Shown in pieces: positions 54,400 to 64,000 of a DNA stretch of 64,000 bases. Made by a program: the position numbers and the translations under genes. The notes beneath the pieces were generated by a model. The model had not been told where the DNA came from. It worked only from the letters and a program-made list of their open reading frames with translations, and ran no database searches. Source of the stretch: Octopus sinensis. Taxonomy: Eukaryota. The stretch covers positions 29,884,001 through 29,948,000 of the forward strand of contig NC_043005.1 of the NCBI RefSeq assembly GCF_006345805.1, in the 5' to 3' direction. Every line of letters begins with the position of its first letter. Within the stretch, counting starts at the first letter, position 1.

Positions 54400-55345
54400 T
54401 TCTACTCAATATAGTCTCCATCACAAACAATGAATTTCTACCATCAGTGAATTGAACTTGTGACTTGTCTTTCAAAAATTTAGCTGTGCCCTCTTGTTCT
54501 CTCCACTTCTTCACAACTACTTTTACTTTGTCTATTTTATCAACTTCTTGTCCCGAAAGACTCCTCCTCATTATACTAATCAAGTGAAAGTTAGGGGCAC
54601 CAGATCTTCTATGTTACACAATGGATGGAGAACCACTGACCAGCCTAATTTGCCAATTGAGGATTTGGTGCCAAATACGTACATGATCAAGCATTATCAT
54701 GGTGAATGTGAGCCATTTTCAGAGTCTTCTTCTGTCATTTCCTCCTAATGGTTTCTCTATGCTTTTCAAGTGCTTCAAAGTACTGCTCAATGTTTACAGT
54801 AAAGCCTTGTTCCCAGAAAACAAGGAGAATGATGCCCTTGTCATATGAGAAAACAATTGCCATAACTTTCTGTGACAATCACTGGCGCTTGAACTTCTAA
54901 AGCCTGAGAGAAGATGTGTGGCATCATTGTGTAGAGTGAGCCCACAATTCCAGATCATTAAGATATGTATGAGTTTCATCTTCTTTCATTAACTTGGGAA
55001 AAAACATGTCTTCATTGGCTTCAAGTGCTCCCAGCAAAACAAAGCAGACTTTCACCATTCTCTCCTTCATGCTGGGTGCCAACTACTGAAGTACGCATTT
55101 TACACAATTTCCAATGTCCAAAACCTTCAACAATGCTCTGTAATGTTTTATGCCCACAGTCCAGTTGTACAACAAACTCATGGATTGTGTTTGGTCCACC
55201 CTCATCAAACAATTCCTACACTTGCCTGTGATTCATGGCAATTGTTGCAGTTGATTGTCTTCAATGCTGATTTCTCCTTTAGATTTTTCCATTCGTCTGT
55301 GGACATTGCTGCTGCCAATGATGTCAGCTCTGTAAACAACCCATA
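54400..55345 (-). mobile_element. mariner-family transposase relic (old, distinct from 25431)
   Basis: SNVHRR..KGEISIED; TIHE; GKLGWSVVLHP..DLVP (cf. LGWEVLPHPPYSPDLAP); SGQE....KVKVVVKKW. Confidence 0.65.
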
Positions 55346-55465
55346 ACCTTCTGTGGGTAGTGGACTACCTGCACCTCTCTTTGATCAAGAATTCAATGAG
55401 AGCACACTGCTTCTACTTTTGAATCCATTATTTGCTTGCAATGAAAAAGAATAGGAACCTGTGAT

Positions 55466-55466
<1 letters not shown>

Positions 55467-55500
<34 letters not shown>

Positions 55501-55826
55501 TGTTTAATGCCTGCTTTCCATGCTGGCATGAGTTGGACAGTTTGACTGAGGACTGGCAAGCCAGGAGGCTGCATCAGGCTCCAATCTGATCTGGCAAGGT
55601 TTCTACAGCTGGATGCCTTTCTTAATGCCAACCACTCTGAGAGTGTAGTGGGTGCTTTTTACGTGCCACCAGCACGAGGGCCAGTCAGGCAGTTCTGGCA
55701 TTGACCACACTTGAATGGTGCTTTTTATGTGCCACCAGCATGGGAGCCAGTCAGGCGGCACTGGCAATGACCATGCTCAAATGGTGCTTTTTACGTGCCA
55801 CCAGCATGGGAGCCAGTCAGGCAGCA
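55467..55826 (-). mobile_element. RTE 3' end with ~3 tandem units
   Basis: Reverse complement of the family, with (CAT)n end. Confidence 0.78.
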
Positions 55827-55967
55827 ATCCACTTTTGCATTACTTAAGCTAGACCCATCATATCTATCCATCCAGGTAACTATCTGTCTGTTTGTCTATT
55901 TAAATGGTCATCCATCTATTCATCTGACCATCTATGTATCTGTCTATCCATCCATCCATCTATCTAT

Positions 55968-55998
<31 letters not shown>

Positions 55999-56128
55999 GC
56001 TATCTATATATATATATATATATATATATCAACCGATAAGGGTGAGAAAATTGGGTACTAATTTAATAGCACATCCATTTACCACCAAGTGGCTTAGTGC
56101 ATACAAAAGCCCGGATTACGACACATTT

Positions 56129-56415
56129 TATACATAAATATGAGAGTGACCACCATGTGGTCTACTCTAGCACTAAAAATAGATCCGCAAGGTTTCAGCC
56201 ACAAAAGAAATTGTTTCCATTGAAAGTTAGCACTACAACCAGCGCAAATGAACAGGGCAAATACACATAACAAAATGTAGATTAGTTCGAGACAATTGTT
56301 TCGCTATTAATAAATTATGTGGTTTTACTTACATAAATTTATCTGTAGCTCCTCAGCCGAACTCGATCTATTTTTAGTGCTAGAGTAGACCACATGGTGG
56401 TCACTCTCTTATATT

Positions 56416-56422
<7 letters not shown>
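56129..56422. mobile_element. Fold-back mini-element enclosing a hammerhead ribozyme
   Basis: ~57-bp near-perfect inverted arms at 56129-56185 and 56365-56422, adjacent to (TA)n. Confidence 0.78.
56284..56363 (-). ncRNA. Type I minimal hammerhead ribozyme (predicted cleavage after GUC at 56291)
   Basis: aguucgg-CUGAGGA-gcua...uagc-GAAA-caauuGUC-ucgaacu: 7-bp stem I, G-C-closed stem II, palindromic stem III ACAAUUGU and all core nucleotides present. Confidence 0.8.
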
Positions 56423-56454
<32 letters not shown>

Positions 56455-56461
<7 letters not shown>

Positions 56462-56652
56462 TAATCCAAACAAGAAAACACCAAAAAACACAACAACGCG
56501 AGGACGGGGAACAAATAAAGTATTATTGGACGCTCAGGAAGAAGGGAAGAAGGAGGGTTCAACGTTTCGAGTGGAGCTCTTCGACAGAAACATAGGAGAA
56601 GGAAAGATCCTGAGAAGGGAAGACAGAGGAAAAAAAAATCATATATATATAT

Positions 56653-56730
<78 letters not shown>

Positions 56731-56933
56731 TATGTATTTATATTTATATATATATATATAGATCGTTAGCCACTACACATTTTTTTCTCTCCTTGTTTTC
56801 TGTGTCCCTTTCTGTAGAAGAGCGTAGGCTCGAAGTGTAAAAGACTTTTTTCTATTCCTGAGCATTATACTAATACATCTGTTTGTTTTGTACACCACCT
56901 GTCTTCGTCTTTTGTTTTTTTCCGTAAACTCTT

Positions 56934-56940
<7 letters not shown>
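56455..56940. mobile_element. Two PLE-type terminal fragments with degenerate hammerhead motifs, separated by (TA)n
   Basis: Minus ~56556-56592 CTGTCGA-agag..ctc-GAAA-cgTT; plus ~56808-56843 CTGTAGA-agagc/gctc-GAAG-tgTA. Confidence 0.5.
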
Positions 56941-56966
<26 letters not shown>

Positions 56967-57634
56967 GTCTATCTATCTATCTATCTATCTATCGCTGTCT
57001 GTCTCTCTGCCTCTTTGTCTGTTTGTATGTATGTATTCTCACAAGAGAAACAGTACTCAAACTCTCTTGAAGAGTTTACTTGTACAAAGCAGGCGAGTCG
57101 TTCTGTGATTAATCAGAGTTAATTATTCAGTGCGATCTTTCAGATAATAAACAACATTTAATGATGAATTGGGCTGTAATTTAACGTAGATTAGCTGGAA
57201 ACCACTTCAGCCTAGATATTGCTTTTATTGGCTACATGAGACCACATGGTGTGATAATTCTCTGTCCTGATGTGTGTTAAGGAATCAATGAGGGAATAGC
57301 TGTACCTTTTTCTTTGCCCATAGATCTATTTGTTATATTGCATTTACACATAGAAATATGACTTATGGCAGGTAAGAACAACTTACAACTTTTGTCCTTC
57401 TTGTTTCGTATAATTATTTCAAACAGTTGTTATACAGAATAAAATCTGAAAAAAAAAAAACAAATCTAAAGAAAGGCATTGTTGCTTAAAGCATATTTTC
57501 TTGTTTTCTTTTAATTTATGCTTCAGTTTCTCATTTCTCTATTTCTTTTTATTGAAATCAGCAACGATTTGTTGCTTGTAAAAGCATATAGTATTTTGTG
57601 AGTGGAGTGAGTTTCCACCACTAGCTGGTGATTA

Positions 57635-57683
57635 ATGCACACTGAGGATGGGTAACCACTCTGAAACTTGAGTCCATGTGTAT
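57635..57683 (+). ncRNA. Hammerhead-like motif, sense to PDE8
   Basis: atgcaca-CTGAGGA-tgggt/aacc/actct-GAAA-cttgaGTC-ca-tgtgtat; stems I and II are imperfect. Confidence 0.45.
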
Positions 57684-57986
57684 CACGTAAGGCTAGAGAT
57701 GAGAGCAATGACCTCCCCTTGCAAATACTAATCGGACACAGAATGTGTGTCATTAGCCAGCTAGAAGAGATGTCTTCTTGGGGCTATAAACGTCAATAGC
57801 ACTGTCTCGTATAGGATGCCACACTTGGTTGACAATTATATGTTACAAAATATATTGCATTTTGTTCTATCTTCAAAGCATGCCTTACATATCTTTGAGA
57901 ACATGTTAGATGTAGCCATTACTGTGTTGTGTCTAAGAGATGTTTCAAACTTCAGCAAAAATTATATGTAACTAAAACTGTGCTGT

Positions 57987-58275
57987 AGTAAAGATCGTTT
58001 GCCAATTTAACATAACAGTCCTGGTTTAGGATGAATGTTGCTGTAATTTAGCCCCAGGAGACATCGTCTTCAGCTGGCTATACAGCATGATCTGCATCCT
58101 TATATTTTCGAACAAGATCATGTCATATAGCCAACTGGAGGCGATGTCTCCTGGGGCTAAATTACAGCAACATTAGTCCTAAACCAGGACTGCCATGTTA
58201 TGTTGGCAAACAACCTTTACTCCAAAGTACTGTTGCTGAATATCTCTCGTTGAGAGATTTACAAATAGTAATTTT
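57987..58275. mobile_element. Fold-back element (second copy of the 6386-6712 family) with 15-bp TSD-like repeat
   Basis: Arms 57987-58093 and 58115-58221; ctaaaactgtg(c/t)tgt at 57972 and 58276. Confidence 0.75.
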
Positions 58276-58387
58276 CTAAAACTGTGTTGTTTTCTAAGAC
58301 CTATCATATCCTTAAGCAAGTGTTAGCTACAACCATTGTTGTATCCTAAGACCCACCATTTCTCTTGTCTTATGTTTTTCTTTCCAG

Positions 58388-58482
58388 GAAAGTTATGTAT
58401 TATGTTTCTGTGAAAAACAATCATGAACTATTTTTTAATCAACTCCGAGATGGTGATCTGAGTGGAAGTCAGCTGGCCAATG
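58388..58482 (+). CDS. PDE8: PDE8 exon: KVMYYVSVKNNHELFFNQLRDGDLSGSQLAN(G)
   Basis: tttccag acceptor and gtaagt donor; starts like KIRHFVSLKK; phases fit both neighbours. Confidence 0.85.
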
Positions 58483-58703
58483 GTAAGTTGGACCATTTCT
58501 ATGTGTATTGACTGTCCCGTCTATTTACACCTGTATCTTTCACATAGGTGTAAATATAATGTACACAGTCTTTAACACAGGTGTACATGTAATGTATGCT
58601 GTCTTTGACTTGGGTGACAATGTGTGGGATACGACACTTGACACATTAATAAAACCCATGTCTTCATTGTTTTTTGATATCATATATACACACACATACA
58701 CAC

Positions 58704-59003
58704 TTTTCACATGTTTCAGTTATTTGATTGTGGCCATGCTAGAGTACTGCCTTCAGTCAAACAAATTGACCCTAGGACTTATTCTTTGTAAGCCTAGTAC
58801 TTATTCTATCAGCCAGTTTTGCTGAACTGCTAAGTTACGGGGACATAGACACACCAACATTGGTTGTTAAGCAATGGAGGGGGACAAATACGGACACACA
58901 AACATATACATACAGAAACATACACACACATACACCCACCCACCCACACATACACACACGCACGCACACACACACACACACGCACACACACACATACACA
59001 CTC

Positions 59004-59047
<44 letters not shown>

Positions 59048-59204
59048 GATGGGCTTCTTTCAGTTTCCGTCTAACAAATTCACTCACAAGGCTTTAGTCA
59101 GTCTGAGGCTATAGTAGAAGACACTTGCCCAAGGTGTCACATAGTGGGACTGAACCTGGAACCATGTGGTTGGGAAGCAAGCTTCTTACCACATAGCCAT
59201 GCCT
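58704..59204 (-). mobile_element. SINE family A copy
   Basis: Reverse complement of 705-1093. Confidence 0.85.
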
Positions 59205-60031
59205 ACACATTCTCACTTAGATCCATACTCCCTCACACACACATGCACACTCTCTCTCTCTCTCTCTCTATCTATCTCTGTCTCATAAGTAGCAGTGTTA
59301 CATATAATAGTGCAGGCCACAGTCGTGTTGAGGGATAGTGGTTGTGCTATGTGAGAGTCTATGTCGTAGTAGTGCTGGGTAGTAGTAGTGTTATATACAA
59401 GTACAGATTGCTGTAGTGTTGGCTATAGTAGTATTGGGTGGTAGTAGTGTTGTGTGACAGTGTAGGTTGCAGTAGTGTTGGATGAGAGTACATTAATATC
59501 ATGTGAGTATGTATAGACTGCAGTAGTTCTGGATGGTGGTAGTGGTGGTGCTGGTACTGGTTGTAGTAGTGGTGGTGGTGGTGGTGGTGGTGGTGGTGGT
59601 GGTGGTGGTGGTGGTGGTATCTGTCAGTGTGTGCTGTAGCAGTATTGAATACTGTTAGTGTTATGTACAAATGTGTGGGCTGTAGTTATGCTGTGTGGCA
59701 CAGGGTGTAATGGCAAGTGTTAGAGTGTAAGCTGTAGTACTGTTGGGTAATGGTTTTAGCGTTATATGAGAGAGTGTAGGCCACAGTACTGTTTTATGGA
59801 AGTAGTGTTTGTTGGTGGTTGACAGTAGTAGTAGTGGTGGTGGTGGTGGTGGTGGTGTCATGTGTGAGAGTGTTAGCTGTAATAACCTAACAACAAAATC
59901 TTCAGTCTTCTAATGTTTTATGAATCCTTTTACTCATTGCTGAATCCTTAACACTGCTCCCTATTCAAGGGTCTGAATAGGGGGCAGTGATTATTGCACT
60001 CAGCCTTAATATTGTCTTCTCTGTCCCCTAG

Positions 60032-60111
60032 GTGCTGTGCAGGGTCTGAATCGACACCGAGAATCATTATCTAAAATGCAATCAGTTTTAGTTGAAGCAC
60101 CCATTAACAAA
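60032..60111 (+). CDS. PDE8: PDE8 exon: AVQGLNRHRESLSKMQSVLVEAPINK
   Basis: cccctag acceptor and gtgagt donor; resembles the conserved SMARIHSMTIEAPITK. Confidence 0.9.
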
Positions 60112-60580
60112 GTGAGTAATTATTACTGTTATTAATTATTGCATTACTGGTCATCTATTACTCCCTGCATTCACCCTTCAACCCTACCCAATCGTTACAG
60201 TTGTTGCTTACCTCTGGTTTCTCCCCATCTCTTGTTGCTCTGTATGCTCTTTGTAAACCCTCACTCCAAGTTCCTCTGTCCAAACTCACTTCTACTCACC
60301 TCGTACATTGAAGAGCCACTTGGGCTGCCACTTCTGCTAATCCTTTACAGCTTCTCCTCTAAACTTGATAGCCATGTAGTTACTTTAGAAGAACCTGCTC
60401 ATCCACACACCCACAGGTTTTGTGGACTTGGGAGTGCATGGCAACCCCACTTGTGCCTCCTGTCTCATGGAAAAATACACCCAAGACAAACTGTAAAGTG
60501 GTTGGTGTTAGGAAGGTTAACCAGTCGTAGAAACCATGCCAAAACAGACACTGGATCATAATGCACCTTGGACACATCAG

Positions 60581-60835
60581 TAACCAACACATCGGTTGGA
60601 CCACATTTACAGCTTATTTTTTAATACAAAGCATGACTTAACAAAATAGGTGACGTAACATATCTTTTGAATGCCTTATGAAGATGAAGAACTTTATTCT
60701 CGCACTTATGTTTCGACTGCATTTTGGCAATCCGATCAGTAATGGCTGTAAGATATATTACATCACCTATATTGTTATGGCCTGCTTTGTATTAAAAAAT
60801 AAGCTATAAATGTGGTCCAGTCGATGTGTTGGTTA
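60581..60835. mobile_element. Fold-back element with degenerate hammerhead in its spacer
   Basis: Arms ~60581-60666 and ~60750-60835; minus strand CTGATCG-gattgc/gcagtc-GAAA-caTA. Confidence 0.62.
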
Positions 60836-60870
60836 ATCTGTGGTTTTCTCCCTTTTCTAATTATTTGCAT

Positions 60871-60902
<32 letters not shown>

Positions 60903-61150
60903 CATACACACACTTAATGCATGCTTGTGTATTTACTTGAAGTTTCGTGTTAACTCTTTCGAAAATTATTTGATTTGGAAAGTGAAAAGTGGTAACATGA
61001 AACCCACTCAGAGTAAACAATGATGAAAATCTGTTTTATTTGCTTTTACGGTTCTGGAATGAAGAAAGCAATCTTCTACTCTTGTACATAGAGTAGAAGA
61101 ATTGTTCAAAATTCCATTTATATATACACATGTGTGTGTGTGTCTATATA

Positions 61151-61186
<36 letters not shown>

Positions 61187-61212
61187 TGTATGTATGTGTA
61201 TATATATATATA

Positions 61213-61282
<70 letters not shown>

Positions 61283-61429
61283 CATATATTCATATATATA
61301 TATGTATGTATTATATGTATATGCATATATGCATATCTATGAAAACATATTATACACATACATGCATATACACACACACACATTTCTGTCTTTATTAATG
61401 TATCTCCTTGCTTCTACATTTGTATTCCT

Positions 61430-61500
<71 letters not shown>

Positions 61501-61819
61501 CTTGTTACCATATATGTCTGTGTGCTTATTGTTGACTGAATCTCTGGCATAATCCAATCAAATTTCCCTCAAAATTAATTTCCTTGCTTCGATGCCATTT
61601 TTGTAATAATTGTCTTTGATTGCTATTCTCTTGTTGCGTAAAACAACCTTTTACTGTTGCACCCATCGTGTCCTTCACTTAAACATTACATGCTAATATA
61701 TTACCTCAAAACAATTCTCTCTAACTCCTTCCCTTCTTCTCTCACTCTATTTTTCTCTCTTCTGCCTGCTCCCCCTCTCTCTCTAGCTATCTTTTCATCT
61801 GTTCATCTCTTCATATCTT

Positions 61820-61874
<55 letters not shown>

Positions 61875-61978
61875 TTATTTATCTGTCTATTTATTGCAAT
61901 ATCTCATAGCTTCTATCTATTCATCTGTCTGTTTGTGTCTATCACTTCAACCTTCCATCTATCTATCTATCTATCTAT

Positions 61979-62067
<89 letters not shown>

Positions 62068-62321
62068 CATGCATGCATCCATCCATCCATCCATCTTTCT
62101 CTTTCTCTCTCTATCTCACTCTCTGTCTTTCAATCTTACCCACACATCCTCAAATATACGCATGAGCTTACTCAAACAACTTTATGCACACACACACACA
62201 CACACACACACGCGACATAGCCATCACTGGGCCATAACATTTTCAATGCCTTTTTCTGCACTCCATACATTGAAAACTCTTACAAATTCTGGTTGTGATG
62301 TCTCCCTCCCTTTGATTTCAG

Positions 62322-62489
62322 GCTATCAGCATCATCAGCAGTGTGCAGGAGAACTGTTCCAACCCAGTGGGACAAGCTTTAGACAAAGCTTTGGAAATAT
62401 TGCGAAGCAGTGAACTCTATTCTCCCTATTTATCTCAACCAATGAAAGATGACCAAATGAGTTCTGAGCTAGTTGGAGGGTTACTGTCT
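62322..62489 (+). CDS. PDE8: PDE8 exon: AISIISSVQENCSNPVGQALDKALEILRSSELYSPYLSQPMKDDQMSSELVGGLLS
   Basis: atttcag acceptor and gtaagt donor; resembles VINIINAAQENSPVTVAEALDRVLEILRTTELYSP...DLVGGLMT. Confidence 0.93.
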
Positions 62490-62511
62490 GTAAGTTATTG
62501 ATTTCAGTGTA

Positions 62512-62742
62512 TTAACACTTTCATTACTATATTTATTTTGAGATGCTCTGTTGTTTCTTTCAATTAATTTTAAATATAACAAAGAATTTAGTAAAATAGC
62601 CTAGTTATCATTAAGCTAGTGTTAGGAACATAAATTGTGACTAAGGTTTGGTAGAAGATTTTAATTCAAAACTTATGAAAACAAGACATCTGTAATACAA
62701 AGCCAGACATGGTTTCAGCTGGGTTGGTAACAAAAGGGTTAA
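62512..62742. mobile_element. piggyBac-type MITE
   Basis: TTAA termini; reverse complement of 11858-12086. Confidence 0.75.
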
Positions 62743-62765
62743 GAATTGTTTCTCTATTATATATT

Positions 62766-62993
62766 TTAACCCTTTTCTTACCATATTTCTGTTGAGATAC
62801 TTTGTGTTTCTTTCAATTACTTTAAATATAACAAAGAATTTAGTAAAATAACTTAGTTATCATTCAGCAATGTTAGGAACATAAATTGTGACTAAGGTTT
62901 GGTGGAAGATTTTAATTCAAAACTAATGAAAGCAAGATATTTGTAATACAGAGCCAGAGGTGGTTTCAATCGGGTTTGTATCGAAACGGTTAA
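62766..62993. mobile_element. piggyBac-type MITE (tandem second copy)
   Basis: TTAACCCTTT start and TTAA end; aligns to the neighbouring copy. Confidence 0.75.
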
Positions 62994-63299
62994 TGATAGT
63001 TTGATGGTGGCAGAAACAATGGCAAGGATAATGTTGGTAGTGGCAGTGGCAACGACAATGTTGTCAATGGTGGTGGTGTTGGCAGTGATCAGGTTGAGGA
63101 TGATGGTGATGTGGAGGAGAACAAAGACTCCTTCTGAATAGCTTTAATGAATGAATGGTGTGGATAGATTTGAAGGAGAAGTCCCAGCTCTGAAGCCATA
63201 ATGTAATAATGAGCAAAAAGCCTGATCTTATGATCAGACAAAAATGTGCTGAATTTTGAGTTGACAGTGGTTTTGTTGAGCAATATGGAGCTGGCTCAT

Positions 63300-63521
63300 G
63301 GCAGCAAGCTGACAGAATTGTTAGCATGCCGGGCGAAATGCTTAGTGGTATTTCATCTGCCATTACATTCTGAGTTCAAATTCCGCCAAGGTCGACTTTG
63401 CCTTTCATCCTTTCAGGGTCGATTAAATAAGTACCAGTTATGCATTGGGGTCAATGTAATCGACTTAATCCCTTTGACTGTCCCCTCTATGTTTAACCCC
63501 CTGTGAGCAATAAAGAAATAA
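63300..63521 (+). mobile_element. SINE family C copy
   Basis: Best-preserved family C copy, with B box and conserved core. Confidence 0.8.
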
Positions 63522-64000
63522 ATACGGAGTTGGCTCGTGAATGAAATGGGCCTAGAATATGAAAAACGTAGGGATTCATGTAAGACACTCGCTTGGCAGT
63601 GTACTGTACACTGCCTTTAATAGGGGTGGGATGTTGCGAAATTGTAAGTAGATCCATTGTGGCTGGTGTTGGATTTTGGGAAGGATTGAAAAGTGAATCA
63701 AGAAGGAAAGAGAAATTGTTTTATCATGGATCTGACAGACACGTGAGAGAGAAAGGGGATAGCAGAGAGAGGGGAGATATGAGAGAGGTGTATAGGAGGG
63801 AGAGAGGTGATAGGAGAGAGAGGGGGTAAAGGAGAGAGAGAGAGAGATCAAAACTGAGAGCAAAGAACATTTTGTCAGCAAGTAATAAACGAAATTGTTG
63901 TGTTGTTGAAGGACTTTCTTTGGTTTGGTGATTACATGGGTGAGGGTGGGGGTGGGGTTGAAAGTCTGAGCTAAAAGACACCTGCCATTACCTGATAACA

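Overview
AT-rich, microsatellite-dense animal genomic DNA. The SINE/LINE repertoire points to an octopus (inference). The whole window lies inside one + strand gene that the ORF track misses: eight GT-AG exons (248-307, 8279-8336, 39559-39723, 46382-46522, 51168-51256, 58388-58482, 60032-60111, 62322-62489; 856 nt) splice in frame into the REC-end, PAS and linker region of a PDE8-type cAMP phosphodiesterase. Its start and catalytic domain lie outside the window. The introns hold three tRNA-derived SINE families, CR1-like and RTE LINE remnants, two mariner relics, TTAA piggyBac-type MITEs, a decayed Penelope-like element (PLE) with direct pseudo-LTRs, and a 41-bp minisatellite. The most unusual signal is a set of short fold-back elements, often in (TA)n tracts, that carry minimal hammerhead ribozyme cores. 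One at 56284-56363 (-) appears structurally complete. All alignments were done by eye against remembered family motifs.
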